The notes under the pieces were generated by a model. That model saw only the letters and a program-made list of their open reading frames with translations, was not told where the DNA came from and made no database searches. A stretch of 64,000 nt of DNA from a virus. The translations under genes and the position numbers were made by a program. Of the stretch, positions 1 through 9,759 are shown one piece after another (within the stretch, counting starts at the first letter, position 1; each line of letters opens with the position of its first letter). The DNA lies in the IMG/VR virus record IMGVR_UViG_3300048015_000072, positions 1 through 64,000 of that record; one strand, written 5' to 3'.

Positions 1-2
1 CA

Positions 3-482
3 ATGAATGTACCAAACGAGACTACTGTTGAAAAATCGACTTTTGAAATCTCAAAAGAAGACTTCGAAATCTTGAAAAAAGCAAAGACTCAAAAAGTTGA
101 AGAAGAACTGCGAAAAGCAAAAAAAGAACAGACGACTCTTATTAAGTCTGCAATCTTTGACGCTACCTCGGCTCTCCGCAAAGAGAACGAACAACTTCGC
201 AAATCCTTTCAAGAAACTCAAGAGTTGATTAAATCAATGGCCCGAAAGCCTCAGCCCCGTAAGTCGGTAGCTGGCGTGCAAGTCCTTGAAAAATCATTTG
301 AAGGCCAAGAAGCCGCGCAATCCAACACTTTCTCGAAATCAGAAATGCTTGACGTTGCAGAAGCTTTGGTTAAATCGAAGCAATTGTCTGTTGAAGACGT
401 AATTGAACTTGAAGATACCGGCTACATTTACAACCCAGCATCACGAGCTAAGTTGGAAATCGCCCTTAAAGGTAAACGATAA
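3..482 (+). CDS. Scaffold-like head protein (probably 5'-truncated by the window)
   Basis: Charged coiled-coil protein immediately upstream of the major capsid gene, with many hydrophobic-x-K-S/A motifs (VEKS, LKKA, LIKS, LRKS, LEKS, LVKS). Confidence 0.6.
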   Translation: MNVPNETTVEKSTFEISKEDFEILKKAKTQKVEEELRKAKKEQTTLIKSAIFDATSALRKENEQLRKSFQETQELIKSMARKPQPRKSVAGVQVLEKSFEGQEAAQSNTFSKSEMLDVAEALVKSKQLSVEDVIELEDTGYIYNPASRAKLEIALKGKR

Positions 483-489
483 TTAAACT

Positions 490-516
490 GGGGTCTTCCA
501 AGGCCCCTTTATTTTT
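490..516 (+). terminator. Hairpin plus T-rich tail between scaffold and capsid genes
   Basis: GGGGTCT-TCCA-AGGCCCC followed by TTTATTTTT. Confidence 0.55.
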
Positions 517-601
517 CTCACACGAGCATTTTGCTCATGCCACACAATCGGCAAAAAAAAAACAAAAGCACAAAGTAAAGTAAACGAACTCAGGAGTTCA
601 A

Positions 602-2017
602 ATGTCCATCGAATCACAAGTCGCAGATTCTGCGCTCACTGGTTTTGGTGCTCACACTTCTCAACAAGTTGAACAACTTCAAAAAGCTTTGTCGATTGGT
701 TCTGAATACGCAACTACTACTCCGGGCAACCTCGCTCAGGGTGCAGCAATTGCAGTAGAAGACCTCGACCGCACTTTGAAATTGGTCACTCACGGGATGG
801 AGCATCTTAAACTGTGGAAAGACATCGTTAAAGAAAAAGTGAGCCAAACAGTTCACGAATATAACATCCAGAACCGTTATGGTCAGGAAGTTAGCCCCTT
901 TTTCCAAATGGGCGGCGTACCTTATCAAACTGATGCTGGTTACAACCGTGATGTAGCACTGGTTAAGTATCTTGGAACACAAGGTCAAGTTCAACACAAC
1001 CTGACTCTGATCCAAGCTGCCCACGGACCGGTTGTTGCTCGCGAAGTAAAAAACAAAACAATTGAATTGCTTGCCCGTAACGAGCGCACAATGTTCGAAG
1101 CTAACTCTTCGATCAACCCGCTTGAGTACGACGGTATCGACAGTTTAATTTCTTCGGGTGATACAAACCCTAAATATCAAGCTTCGGCTTTTGTTGGTTA
1201 CGATTCTGGTACGGCTGCATCGAACAGCGTTATCATCGATCAACGTGGTGACGTTCTTGACGAAGACACTTGCGAAGAGGCTTGTCTCCGCGCTGTGAAT
1301 AACTTTGGTATGCCGATGGACGCTTATTTGTCCACAGACATCCATAGCCGTTTTAGCCGTGCTTTCTACGCTAAACAAGTAACTCGTCCTGGCGACAGTT
1401 CTGCCGCTGGTTACAGAGTGCCTGAGTTTGACGGAACTTTAAACTTCCGATTCAAAGGCAACTTGTTCTGCCGTCCACGACGCACTCCGCTTTCGGCTCC
1501 CATTTCTGCACAAGCCGCTCCAGTTATCTCGGCTGAATCCGCCGCAAGCGATGCATTGTCTCAGTTTGCATCGGCTGATGCTGGTACTTACTCGTACCAA
1601 GTATCCGCAGTTTACAACGATGGCGAAACACTTCCTTCGGCTCACGCTGAACAAGTTGTTGCCGCCGGTCAAAGCGTCAGCTTGACTGTGACTTACAGCG
1701 GCGCTCCGTTGTATCTCGCAATCTTCCGCGCTCCCGTTGGAACTGTTGCAGGTTGGGAATTCATCGGTCGCGTTGCTCCTGCCGGATCTGGCATTGCTTT
1801 TGTCGCTGACAGAAACGCTAATTTACCCGGTCTTGGAACTATGCGCTTGTTGATGCACGATCCAGACGCTCTCGTATTTAAACAATTTGGTTCTATGATC
1901 AAGTACGACTTGGCTGTTACAGACACTTCGTACAAATGGCTCCAGTTGCTCTACGGAATGATCGTGATCCCTGCACGACGTAAGCACATCCTGATTACAA
2001 ACATTGGTTTAAACTAA
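602..2017 (+). CDS. Major capsid protein (SPO1/Twort/A511-like, with Ig-like insertion)
   Basis: 471 aa. N-terminal LQKA propeptide site; EDLDRTLKLVT...LWKDI...TVHEY motif resembles Herelleviridae-type capsids; AGGAG RBS; followed by a strong terminator. Confidence 0.9.
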   Translation: MSIESQVADSALTGFGAHTSQQVEQLQKALSIGSEYATTTPGNLAQGAAIAVEDLDRTLKLVTHGMEHLKLWKDIVKEKVSQTVHEYNIQNRYGQEVSPFFQMGGVPYQTDAGYNRDVALVKYLGTQGQVQHNLTLIQAAHGPVVAREVKNKTIELLARNERTMFEANSSINPLEYDGIDSLISSGDTNPKYQASAFVGYDSGTAASNSVIIDQRGDVLDEDTCEEACLRAVNNFGMPMDAYLSTDIHSRFSRAFYAKQVTRPGDSSAAGYRVPEFDGTLNFRFKGNLFCRPRRTPLSAPISAQAAPVISAESAASDALSQFASADAGTYSYQVSAVYNDGETLPSAHAEQVVAAGQSVSLTVTYSGAPLYLAIFRAPVGTVAGWEFIGRVAPAGSGIAFVADRNANLPGLGTMRLLMHDPDALVFKQFGSMIKYDLAVTDTSYKWLQLLYGMIVIPARRKHILITNIGLN

Positions 2018-2043
2018 TCTGAACACTCAGGTTTAATAAACTG

Positions 2044-2076
2044 AAAACCCTCCAGGTTAAACTTGGGGGGTTTTTT
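2044..2076 (+). terminator. Rho-independent terminator after capsid gene
   Basis: AAAACCCTCCAGG-TTAAA-CTTGGGGGGTTTTTT. Confidence 0.9.
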
Positions 2077-2344
2077 ATTTGGTTTTTGTTAAGTTTTTGG
2101 AATATGCCAGATTTTCTCGCTTTGGCTCTTATCTCTTTTTTAACCCGTCCGAATAGTAAGACGTGCGTAGTTGGTGATCGTTAAATAAAATATCGACACA
2201 AGTCAAACGTCGAGATGTCATTAAACCCTACCCAGCCATGGCAAGGATTGTGCAGTAGTAATTGACTATAGACCGCGGGGTTCTTAAGGTGGAATAAACC
2301 CACACTGAAAGGCGGCTAAACAAATGGACCCAAAAGGAGGCAAA

Positions 2345-2947
2345 GTGAACCAGTCAAGTAATACACAGTTACAGGATCTTAAAGCACTAGCAAAAACATC
2401 AAAAACCGCAAAGATAGTTTTTGAGGCATTCTCAGAGCGAAAAAGATTTAGCCGAAGGACCGATCTAAAGGCTTTTCGTCATTTGATTTTCCAAAATAGC
2501 AATATTAAAAATTCGGATTGGGATAATGAAGAATACTACGGCGTTTTTAAAGAACTTGAGAAGTTGAATATTGGTCGGGCGGTTCGGGCCAAAAGTGGCC
2601 TAATCATCTATTTTGAATGGAACGGATTTGAAGTAGCGGATGTGGGTAAGGCCGGACTTAATCAACTAAAAGAGCTGGTAGGCGGTAAGTTTCCTACTGG
2701 AACCAAAAAAGCTATCAATACTAGCGTATCTCCTGCCGGTCGAGTAAAGAAAACTAGCTCAACGAATCCAATTTATTCTTCTAATTTTTCGGATTTAAAG
2801 GCCGCGGTTCAATCAGTGTTTGCAATCTACAGTACTCAAAATCAAGAACAAGTTAAAATTGATTTGAGGAACGGGCTTACCAAAGTTGATCAAGAACAAC
2901 TCCTCGAAATAATCCTTAGTCTACCGATTTCCGCAAAATCAAAATAA
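2345..2947 (+). CDS. Hypothetical basic protein, possibly winged-helix DNA-binding
   Basis: GTG at 2345 follows AGGAGG, a better start than 2324; basic; FKELEKLNIG...FEW motif; bounded by terminators like a moron. Confidence 0.55.
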   Translation: MNQSSNTQLQDLKALAKTSKTAKIVFEAFSERKRFSRRTDLKAFRHLIFQNSNIKNSDWDNEEYYGVFKELEKLNIGRAVRAKSGLIIYFEWNGFEVADVGKAGLNQLKELVGGKFPTGTKKAINTSVSPAGRVKKTSSTNPIYSSNFSDLKAAVQSVFAIYSTQNQEQVKIDLRNGLTKVDQEQLLEIILSLPISAKSK

Positions 2948-2953
2948 ATCAAA

Positions 2954-2985
2954 GACCCGAAGTTTTGAGCCTCGGGTCCACTTTT
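2954..2985 (+). terminator. Rho-independent terminator
   Basis: GACCCGA...TCGGGTC followed by CACTTTT. Confidence 0.65.
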
Positions 2986-3005
2986 CAGTCTTAAAGGCCC
3001 CCAAT

Positions 3006-3020
3006 CCCAAATGCTATAAT
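3006..3020 (+). promoter_or_regulatory. Extended -10 promoter CCCAAATGCTATAAT
   Basis: TGnTATAAT; the identical 15-mer recurs at 9719-9733. Confidence 0.7.
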
Positions 3021-3046
3021 TTGTTTTATAGGTTTAGGGAGATAGT

Positions 3047-3235
3047 GTGGCAGTTATTAAATGTAGGTGCGGAAAAACCCAGTTGAATTTTCGGTATTTG
3101 ACCAAAGAACAAATGCCCGAAGGTTTTTCTTGCGAGCAATGTCCAGTTGCTTCGCCAATTGTTCAAGAGCCCAATCAGGCCATTGAAAACCTCAATCCAA
3201 AAACGCCTAAAAAATCTTTCAAGCCTAAAAAATAA
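3047..3235 (+). CDS. Small Cys-containing hypothetical protein
   Basis: CRC...CEQC; GGGAG RBS. Confidence 0.55.
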   Translation: MAVIKCRCGKTQLNFRYLTKEQMPEGFSCEQCPVASPIVQEPNQAIENLNPKTPKKSFKPKK

Positions 3236-3258
3236 GATTAGACCCTAGAAGGGCGTAT

Positions 3259-3537
3259 ATGGAGAAATCAAAAATTTACGAAACCTCAGATTTGGATCTG
3301 GGAGCGTTTCTGATGTTAGAGGGCTTGAAGTATTTGGGATGCCGTTTAGACACGTCGGTCTCAATCAGAAAACCCTTAGCTGTAATGATTTTTCATGATG
3401 ATGCCACAATAGCTCGAGATCTTGAGCGAGTCTTTATGACTAGCAACGAAAAACGATACCGAGATTTGACTAAATATTTGCTCAAGGAAGTTCATAAGAA
3501 AATCCGCGAGACGAATTCAAAGATTCAAGGAGAGTAG
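3259..3537 (+). CDS. DUF5659-like phage protein
   Basis: YETSDLDLGAFL motif recalled from the DUF5659 family. Confidence 0.55.
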   Translation: MEKSKIYETSDLDLGAFLMLEGLKYLGCRLDTSVSIRKPLAVMIFHDDATIARDLERVFMTSNEKRYRDLTKYLLKEVHKKIRETNSKIQGE

Positions 3538-3540
3538 CAA

Positions 3541-3888
3541 ATGGGAAAAATTGGAAGTAAACACGGTCCCGATCAAATACGTCGATTGGAACATTTAGAC
3601 GCTTCGGAATCCAAAAAGGTTACGGATGCGGTTTTGGTACCCGGTTCTGTGATCACCTCTGATTCTTCAAGCGCGGCAGTTTTAGTTGGAATTGGAAACT
3701 TGGTTAGAATTCGAGTAACTGCACCGACCTATGTTGCTTTTGGTCCAACTTCTACGATCAGTGCTGTCTCCATCACGACTAGCCCCGCTATTGAGCTTTA
3801 TACCGCGGGTACTTATTTGATTGCAGCTTCCGATCAATTCATGAGGACAAGTGCTAATCCGGCTCGTATTGAGCTAATTCAAGCGTAA
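3541..3888 (+). CDS. Putative virion structural protein
   Basis: Beta-rich, Ser/Thr/Ala-rich; GGAG RBS; in structural operon. Confidence 0.55.
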   Translation: MGKIGSKHGPDQIRRLEHLDASESKKVTDAVLVPGSVITSDSSSAAVLVGIGNLVRIRVTAPTYVAFGPTSTISAVSITTSPAIELYTAGTYLIAASDQFMRTSANPARIELIQA

Positions 3889-3917
3889 TAAAGCCAAATA
3901 CTTAGGGTGGATGTCAG

Positions 3918-4835
3918 ATGGCTTTAGACAAAAGGTGGGCCTCGGTTCCACCCAGAAATTTTACCGCAGACGGAAGCGTCTCAGGCCAAGTCACCCTGGC
4001 TTCAGTTGACGGTTTTTATCTCGGCCAAACCGTAATTATCAAATCCAATACAAAGCCCGCTATAAGCCTTCAGGTCGTTGGCGTAATTAGCCCGTCAAAC
4101 GTCGTATTAGGGCCACTGTTGGTCGAAAACCAAGTCTCTGATCTATCTACCTACCTAGTATCGGATAACGCCACAATCGCGGCTAATGACCAAATACGAC
4201 CAACCATCCCTTGGCAGACCTACACCCGAAGCGTTTATGAAGAATTACCAATAAATGCTATCAGAACGTATTTGATAAACGGGGTATCCGGTCCAGTTAC
4301 CAAAGATAACCCACTTCCGGTAGCCGTAGCTGGTTCAAATATTTCCTTAAATGGGGATGTATACGTCAAACTAACCGACAAAATGAACACCCCGACTCAA
4401 GGGGATGTTGCAGATGCGGTTCAGATTGGTGATGGAAATTACCGGCTTAAAATTAACCCAGACGGCTCTATTCCAACTACGCAAGAAAATCCTCAAGGCG
4501 CTCAAACTACTGTCAATAAATACAACGAAGTTTCAATCGTTCCAGATATTCAAACCGATGTGGTTTCTTACACGGTCCCAGCTAACAAAACCTCAATCAT
4601 CGAGAGAGTGACGGGGTCGGGACAAAATCTTGCGAGGTTTGATTTGTTTGTAAACGCAAGCGTTATAGATACTCAAAGAAACTACTACGGTAATTTCAAC
4701 GTAGCTTTCAATTTTATGTCCTCTGGTATGGGCTACAAGCTCAACGCCGGTGATGTGGTCACTCTCAAAGTTACTCAAAGTCAATCGGACCCCTACTTAT
4801 TTAGTGGTCGGCTCCAAGTAACGGAATCAATCTAG
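3918..4835 (+). CDS. Putative virion structural/decoration protein
   Basis: 305 aa, beta-rich, LKINPDGSI-type repeat. Confidence 0.55.
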   Translation: MALDKRWASVPPRNFTADGSVSGQVTLASVDGFYLGQTVIIKSNTKPAISLQVVGVISPSNVVLGPLLVENQVSDLSTYLVSDNATIAANDQIRPTIPWQTYTRSVYEELPINAIRTYLINGVSGPVTKDNPLPVAVAGSNISLNGDVYVKLTDKMNTPTQGDVADAVQIGDGNYRLKINPDGSIPTTQENPQGAQTTVNKYNEVSIVPDIQTDVVSYTVPANKTSIIERVTGSGQNLARFDLFVNASVIDTQRNYYGNFNVAFNFMSSGMGYKLNAGDVVTLKVTQSQSDPYLFSGRLQVTESI

Positions 4836-4846
4836 TTACTGATATA

Positions 4847-4869
4847 ATTTAACCTGAAGAGGGTTAAAT
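4847..4869. promoter_or_regulatory. Palindromic operator ATTTAACC-N7-GGTTAAAT
   Basis: Lies between TATAAT and the ATG at 4870; same arms and spacing at 34751-34773 and 49557-49579. Confidence 0.7.
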
Positions 4870-5055
4870 ATGTCTCCAATCGAAATTAAGAAAATGCAAG
4901 TGGAGTATCATAAAGTCTACGCAGCAAGACTCGATCTTGAGCTGCGAATAGAAGAGTTCAAAGAATCCATAAAGAAATTAGAAGACGCCATCGCAATTCA
5001 AGCGAGCCGAGAAAAAGAACTGACTGAAAAAATCAATCAAGCAAAACAAGGTTAG
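4870..5055 (+). CDS. Small coiled-coil protein
   Basis: Heptad-rich 61 aa; GAGGG RBS. Confidence 0.6.
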   Translation: MSPIEIKKMQVEYHKVYAARLDLELRIEEFKESIKKLEDAIAIQASREKELTEKINQAKQG

Positions 5056-5068
5056 AAGGTAATTATTT

Positions 5069-6133
5069 ATGGCTATCACCGACGTTCCAAGTAAAGTTCC
5101 CGTAAAAACATTAGGTCAAACAGACGTTCAAGTTCAAATTGCTGATCCAACAACTCCAACTCAGCAAGCCGCAGTTGATACTCACGGTAGTTTAAGTGCA
5201 ACTCTCAGAAACGCCGCCGGAGTTGCAACAACTTCTCAAGCAAACGGAAGTCAACAAGCCCTTGACGTCGGTATTAACGTAGCGGGTGTTCAAGTTGATC
5301 CAAGGCAAGTTCGAGCTTTGACCGCGGCGGATGTTGTTACCGCAAACCAGGGATCTCCAAATACTCTTGCGAACGCATGGCCGGTAGAAATCACCGATAA
5401 AACAAACGGTCCAGTAGCAATTAAGCCGCCGTCAACGGCAGCCGCAGCCTCTGACCCTTCGTTAGTTGCAGCTTTATCTCCAAATTCTCCATTACCCGCC
5501 GGTAGCAACATAATTGGTTCGGTAAAATTGGATGACGGAGCTGGAAGTGCGATAACTTCTTCTTCAATTAATAGTAAACAACGATTGGACGTTAATAACG
5601 CCTCCGAAGGTTCAAACGGTTCAGCGGTTCCTTTTCAAACTACTCAAGTTGGCGGTAGTGATGGAACAAACCTTCACGCTTTAAAGACTGATATAAACGG
5701 AATTTTAGCTTCCAACGTATATTCTGGCGGAAACCCAAATTCGAGCACCAATCCTCTATTTGTTACCATTGGTGCAACAATTCCTGGAACTCCTGTAAAC
5801 TATTACAACGCAACAACTTCACCTGTTGGCGTTGGGGCATCTGACTCTTCAAGTGTGTATACAATCACAACCGGAAAAACTCTTTCAGTTAAAAAAGTAT
5901 TTATCTCTTCGTCTGTTCACATGCGCGGCGATTTTCAAATCAGCGCAAACGGAACAACTTGGACCACAATTGCTTCTTTATTTATCCCTTACGGGGGCGG
6001 TAACGCAGCTTTTGATTACGAGGAAATTTCGGTTCAAGAAAGCGGAACTGGCGCCGGTGTTCGAGTCGTATTTAACAACGAAGATGCTCAAGCAGCTACC
6101 GGATTCGTCAGCATTTGTGGCGTTGAAAACTAA
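5069..6133 (+). CDS. Putative head fibre/structural protein
   Basis: 354 aa, Ala/Thr/Ser/Gly-rich with fibre-like short repeats (LPAGSNIIGSV). Confidence 0.6.
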   Translation: MAITDVPSKVPVKTLGQTDVQVQIADPTTPTQQAAVDTHGSLSATLRNAAGVATTSQANGSQQALDVGINVAGVQVDPRQVRALTAADVVTANQGSPNTLANAWPVEITDKTNGPVAIKPPSTAAAASDPSLVAALSPNSPLPAGSNIIGSVKLDDGAGSAITSSSINSKQRLDVNNASEGSNGSAVPFQTTQVGGSDGTNLHALKTDINGILASNVYSGGNPNSSTNPLFVTIGATIPGTPVNYYNATTSPVGVGASDSSSVYTITTGKTLSVKKVFISSSVHMRGDFQISANGTTWTTIASLFIPYGGGNAAFDYEEISVQESGTGAGVRVVFNNEDAQAATGFVSICGVEN

Positions 6134-6150
6134 TAATTAGCGAGTAGGTT

Positions 6151-6564
6151 ATGGCTATCCAAGACGCTACCACTGGAAAAAATAGCACTCCTGTTGGCAT
6201 AACCGGACTCAACTCGTCTAGCGCACCTACAAACCCCGTAAGAGCAAGTGTTACAGGGGACCTTGGAGTAACCGATGGAATCAGTTCCGGGGGAGTTCAA
6301 GGTCTTCTTACTTTGACTACGGCAAACACATCCTACGAATTAAAAGTAGGATCATCCAGATTATCCAATCGAAAAGTGTTAACGGCGAGACCTACGGCAA
6401 AAATGTATTGGGGCTATACCAGCGCAGTCACTACCAGTACCGGGACTTTGATGTACCCAAACGAATTTTGGGAATTTGATTTAAGTCCTAATGATTCCAA
6501 CGTAACGATCTACGTTGTAAGTGCTACGGCAGGAGCCACGGTAAGCGTAACGGAATCCGTATGA
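6151..6564 (+). CDS. Putative structural protein
   Basis: Beta-rich; coupled to the next gene by ATGA overlap. Confidence 0.55.
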   Translation: MAIQDATTGKNSTPVGITGLNSSSAPTNPVRASVTGDLGVTDGISSGGVQGLLTLTTANTSYELKVGSSRLSNRKVLTARPTAKMYWGYTSAVTTSTGTLMYPNEFWEFDLSPNDSNVTIYVVSATAGATVSVTESV

Positions 6565-7082
6565 GCGCCAAGATCAAAGTCAGCCCAGTTTCGGCAAGTG
6601 TTCCTTTTGATACCACAACTACTATTGGGTCTACTTTTCCAACTACTGTGCAAAGCGCACAAGACGCGATTGAATATTTAAGACAACAAACGCAAGGTGC
6701 GACCGGAGTAACTCCGCCGTTTTTGTTTTCAAGACAAGGGGCAACTGGAAATAGTTCCTATCTTCAAGTTGGAAACGTATTTTCAAACCAAGCCGGACAA
6801 GTTATTCCCGGCACGAACAAAATCGTCAAAATTACGATCACTACATCGCAAGCATATAACCAAGCTCAAACCGTTCAAATTCAAACAAGAACTGGGGTTT
6901 CAACTTTTGTTGATTTGTCGGGCGCGGCGATTACAATTCCCGGAGATAACTCTACCTATTCTGTAACTTACATACCCGCAACTCCAATAACTTTGCCAAC
7001 TAATGCGGAAATATCTGCATATTTAAAAACCGGAAACGGAATTCAAAATGCAGTTCTTCTTGTTTATGTGGTGCCCGTATGA
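6561..7082 (+). CDS. Putative fibre protein
   Basis: ASVPFD...VQSAQDAIEYL fibre-type motif. Confidence 0.55.
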   Translation: MSAKIKVSPVSASVPFDTTTTIGSTFPTTVQSAQDAIEYLRQQTQGATGVTPPFLFSRQGATGNSSYLQVGNVFSNQAGQVIPGTNKIVKITITTSQAYNQAQTVQIQTRTGVSTFVDLSGAAITIPGDNSTYSVTYIPATPITLPTNAEISAYLKTGNGIQNAVLLVYVVPV

Positions 7083-8281
7083 GTAAGACGCTTAACAATA
7101 CGACCTCTTCGGCTGTTTTTATTGCGGATACTGGAACCAACATTCCAGCAAGTAGCTCGTACACAATACCGCAAAGTCTTTATCCAATATTTGCATCATC
7201 AGCAAATACAGTAAGTTTGATTACTGCCGGAACTTTGACAGTAACAAACTCGATTCGAACTTTACCAACTACGGCTCTTGCAATAGCCGAAATTCAAAAC
7301 ATCGACGGAATTGCTGAAGATTTATTTTTTGACAATTCAAACGATGGGTTTCTTTCAACCCAAGTTCAAGCAGCTATCGAAGAATCAACCAAAATTAGAA
7401 TTGGTGATCTTTACGGCGACGGCTCAGACGGATCTGTGACTTTAAGTTCTGGTACAACCGTAATGTCTCGGACGATGTATTACTCAAATTTGACTTTATC
7501 CGGAAACGCAATACTTCAAACCAACGGTTTTAAAATTTACGTCAGCGGAACTCTGAATATTTCCGAAACTGCACAGATTCAAAACAATGGTGGAAATGGT
7601 GGATCTGCAAGTGGTGCAACTATTGGAGCGGCGGGTGCATCAGCTCCGGGAGTTGAATACGGACCTTCTTTAGCTGGAACTTCTGGAGGAGCATCCGGAG
7701 GCGGTGCTGGGGGAGCTGTTCCTTCAGTAATTGGTTATGGAAATTCTGGAGGAGTTGGTGGAGCCGCTGGGGGTGGAGCCGCGGCTGGTACGGTAGGATC
7801 TTACACTTATAGACCCGAACGAGTTGTAAGGCCCGATCATTTTGCTTCTGCATCTGCCTTTAAATTTGGTGGACAAGGCGGTTCTGGGGGCGGAGGCGGC
7901 AATTCGGGCATTGTAGGACAAGGCGGAGCTGGAGGCGGCGGTGGTGCCGGAGGTGGAGTAATTTTAATTTTTGCTAAATTTGTAGTTTCAACTGGCGGTG
8001 GTTTTTACGCAATTGGAGGAAATGGCGGAGCCGGTGGTGCAGCTCCAGCCGGGGGTTTTGGGGGTTCAGGCGGAGGTGGAGGAGGCGGAGGTGGAGGAGG
8101 CGGATTTATTTATTTAGTTTGCCAATCTATCACGGGCTCCATCGGAGGTTCTGTGTCTTACGGAACTGGAGGTTCTGGAGGTGCAGGGAACGGCGGCACT
8201 GCGGGATCAACGGGTTCAAACGGATCAAACGGACATTTTGCTTATTATCAATATTCTACAAATACTTGGACGGTGTTCTAA
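7079..8281 (+). CDS. Glycine-rich virion fibre protein
   Basis: YGDGSDG motif followed by extensive GGx repeats; STQVQAAIEE motif. Confidence 0.7.
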   Translation: MSKTLNNTTSSAVFIADTGTNIPASSSYTIPQSLYPIFASSANTVSLITAGTLTVTNSIRTLPTTALAIAEIQNIDGIAEDLFFDNSNDGFLSTQVQAAIEESTKIRIGDLYGDGSDGSVTLSSGTTVMSRTMYYSNLTLSGNAILQTNGFKIYVSGTLNISETAQIQNNGGNGGSASGATIGAAGASAPGVEYGPSLAGTSGGASGGGAGGAVPSVIGYGNSGGVGGAAGGGAAAGTVGSYTYRPERVVRPDHFASASAFKFGGQGGSGGGGGNSGIVGQGGAGGGGGAGGGVILIFAKFVVSTGGGFYAIGGNGGAGGAAPAGGFGGSGGGGGGGGGGGGFIYLVCQSITGSIGGSVSYGTGGSGGAGNGGTAGSTGSNGSNGHFAYYQYSTNTWTVF

Positions 8282-8742
8282 TGATTACCACAAATATTTT
8301 AGACGCAAATGGGAACGTCATAGGCACGATTGATTTTGAAGATGGAACTCCACAAGATGTAATCGATGCGGCAGTAGCACTTTACACCTATAGACCTCCT
8401 CAAATTCCCACGATTAATCTTGTGGCCGGATCTATTCAACAAGCCGTTCAATTTGGGCAAACCTTAATTTTTAAATTTGCCGCACAAAACGTCTTAAACG
8501 GAATAACTCAATCCGGAAAAACGATAGCGGTAGCTCAGTATCTTCAGACTTTGGGTTTTTATCTAAACAGTGGATCTCTTTACGCTGCAATCACGGAAAT
8601 TCAAAATTTACTCGCAGACACAAGTTCTACGAAAGCTTCGTTAGCGCCTTTTGTCACAAACGATGCTTTGTATGCGTACTTAAATTCGATTCAACAATAC
8701 CTTCAAATTCAAGTAACTCCCAACCCAAATCCGGGAAGTTAA
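8281..8742 (+). CDS. Hypothetical protein, possible fibre chaperone
   Basis: Likely start is ATG 8281 overlapping the upstream TAA; the extension from 8119 is a shadow frame. Confidence 0.55.
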   Translation: MITTNILDANGNVIGTIDFEDGTPQDVIDAAVALYTYRPPQIPTINLVAGSIQQAVQFGQTLIFKFAAQNVLNGITQSGKTIAVAQYLQTLGFYLNSGSLYAAITEIQNLLADTSSTKASLAPFVTNDALYAYLNSIQQYLQIQVTPNPNPGS

Positions 8743-8743
8743 T

Positions 8744-9259
8744 ATGGAATCAATTATCGTTGGATTTTCAAAACCTAAAACTTGGAAACCTTTTGCTTGG
8801 CTGATCATGGTGGGATACGGAATTCCATACGATCACGTCTATGTTAAAATTCGAGCCGATAAACTCAATCGAGATTTACTTTACCAAGCAAGTCAACTAA
8901 CCGTAAATTTTATGGCCGAAGAAATATTCAACGCCGCTAACAACATTGTTCAAGAATTTCCGGTTCAAATTTCTAGCGAAAATAAAGCAAAACTTTTGCA
9001 GTTTGCAATCGACAATTCTGGAAAACCATACGGAATCATAGAAGCATTTGGTCTTGCAATAGTTCGTATTTGCGAAATTTTTGGGAAAAAAATTAAAAAT
9101 CCATTCGGAGACGGTGGGGCAACTTACGTTTGTTCTGAGCTTGCGGGATACATCCTAATCGAGTTTGCCGGAGCCCAAATACCAGAAAATTTAGACAATA
9201 TCACCCCCAGAGATGTTTACAACTATTTAACTAGCTTAAATAAACCTCAAATGGCGTAA
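8744..9259 (+). CDS. Permuted papain-like (YiiX/YebB-type NlpC/P60) protein
   Basis: N-terminal DHV, GKPY, C-terminal YVCSEL, ITP motif. Confidence 0.7.
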   Translation: MESIIVGFSKPKTWKPFAWLIMVGYGIPYDHVYVKIRADKLNRDLLYQASQLTVNFMAEEIFNAANNIVQEFPVQISSENKAKLLQFAIDNSGKPYGIIEAFGLAIVRICEIFGKKIKNPFGDGGATYVCSELAGYILIEFAGAQIPENLDNITPRDVYNYLTSLNKPQMA

Positions 9260-9306
9260 ATTGCTGATTTTAGGTCAGCTAAAATATAAGGACACAGGGG
9301 AAGTCC

Positions 9307-9711
9307 ATGCCACGCACACCGCCCAAGACCAAAAATGTTCAGACAGTCGAAACGATGCTAGAAATTGTCATAGATCGGGTATCTGGACTTCGCGATCAAG
9401 TGGCAGAGTTAGACAAAAAAATGGACGTTCACACGCTACAAAATCAATACGAATTTGATTCAATTAAAAAGTTAGACCAAGAACAAAACGCAATCCTTCA
9501 AGAACACCACGACAGAAGTGTGCAACTGAAGCGGGACAACGACTTGAGAGAACAAGCTCTCCGACTAGAACTTGAAAAAACGAATGAAAGAATCGAAAAG
9601 CTAGAAATACCGGGCCAAGCTTGGAGCTACGTTATCAAGTTAATAAAGTGGGCCGGTATTGTGGCAACTTCACTGACAGCCATCTACGCAGTCTATACCC
9701 AACTCAAATAA
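9307..9711 (+). CDS. Coiled-coil protein with C-terminal membrane anchor (holin/XhlA-like)
   Basis: Long coiled coil, then hydrophobic WAGIVATSLTAIYAVY. Confidence 0.5.
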   Translation: MPRTPPKTKNVQTVETMLEIVIDRVSGLRDQVAELDKKMDVHTLQNQYEFDSIKKLDQEQNAILQEHHDRSVQLKRDNDLREQALRLELEKTNERIEKLEIPGQAWSYVIKLIKWAGIVATSLTAIYAVYTQLK

Positions 9712-9759
9712 GCCTAACCCCAAATGCTATAATTTCTAGTAGCCGAAGAAGGGGATTAA

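Noticed and set aside
7560-8240. GGx-rich nucleotide repeats as a DNA repeat element
   Set aside because: Explained by glycine codons in a fibre protein
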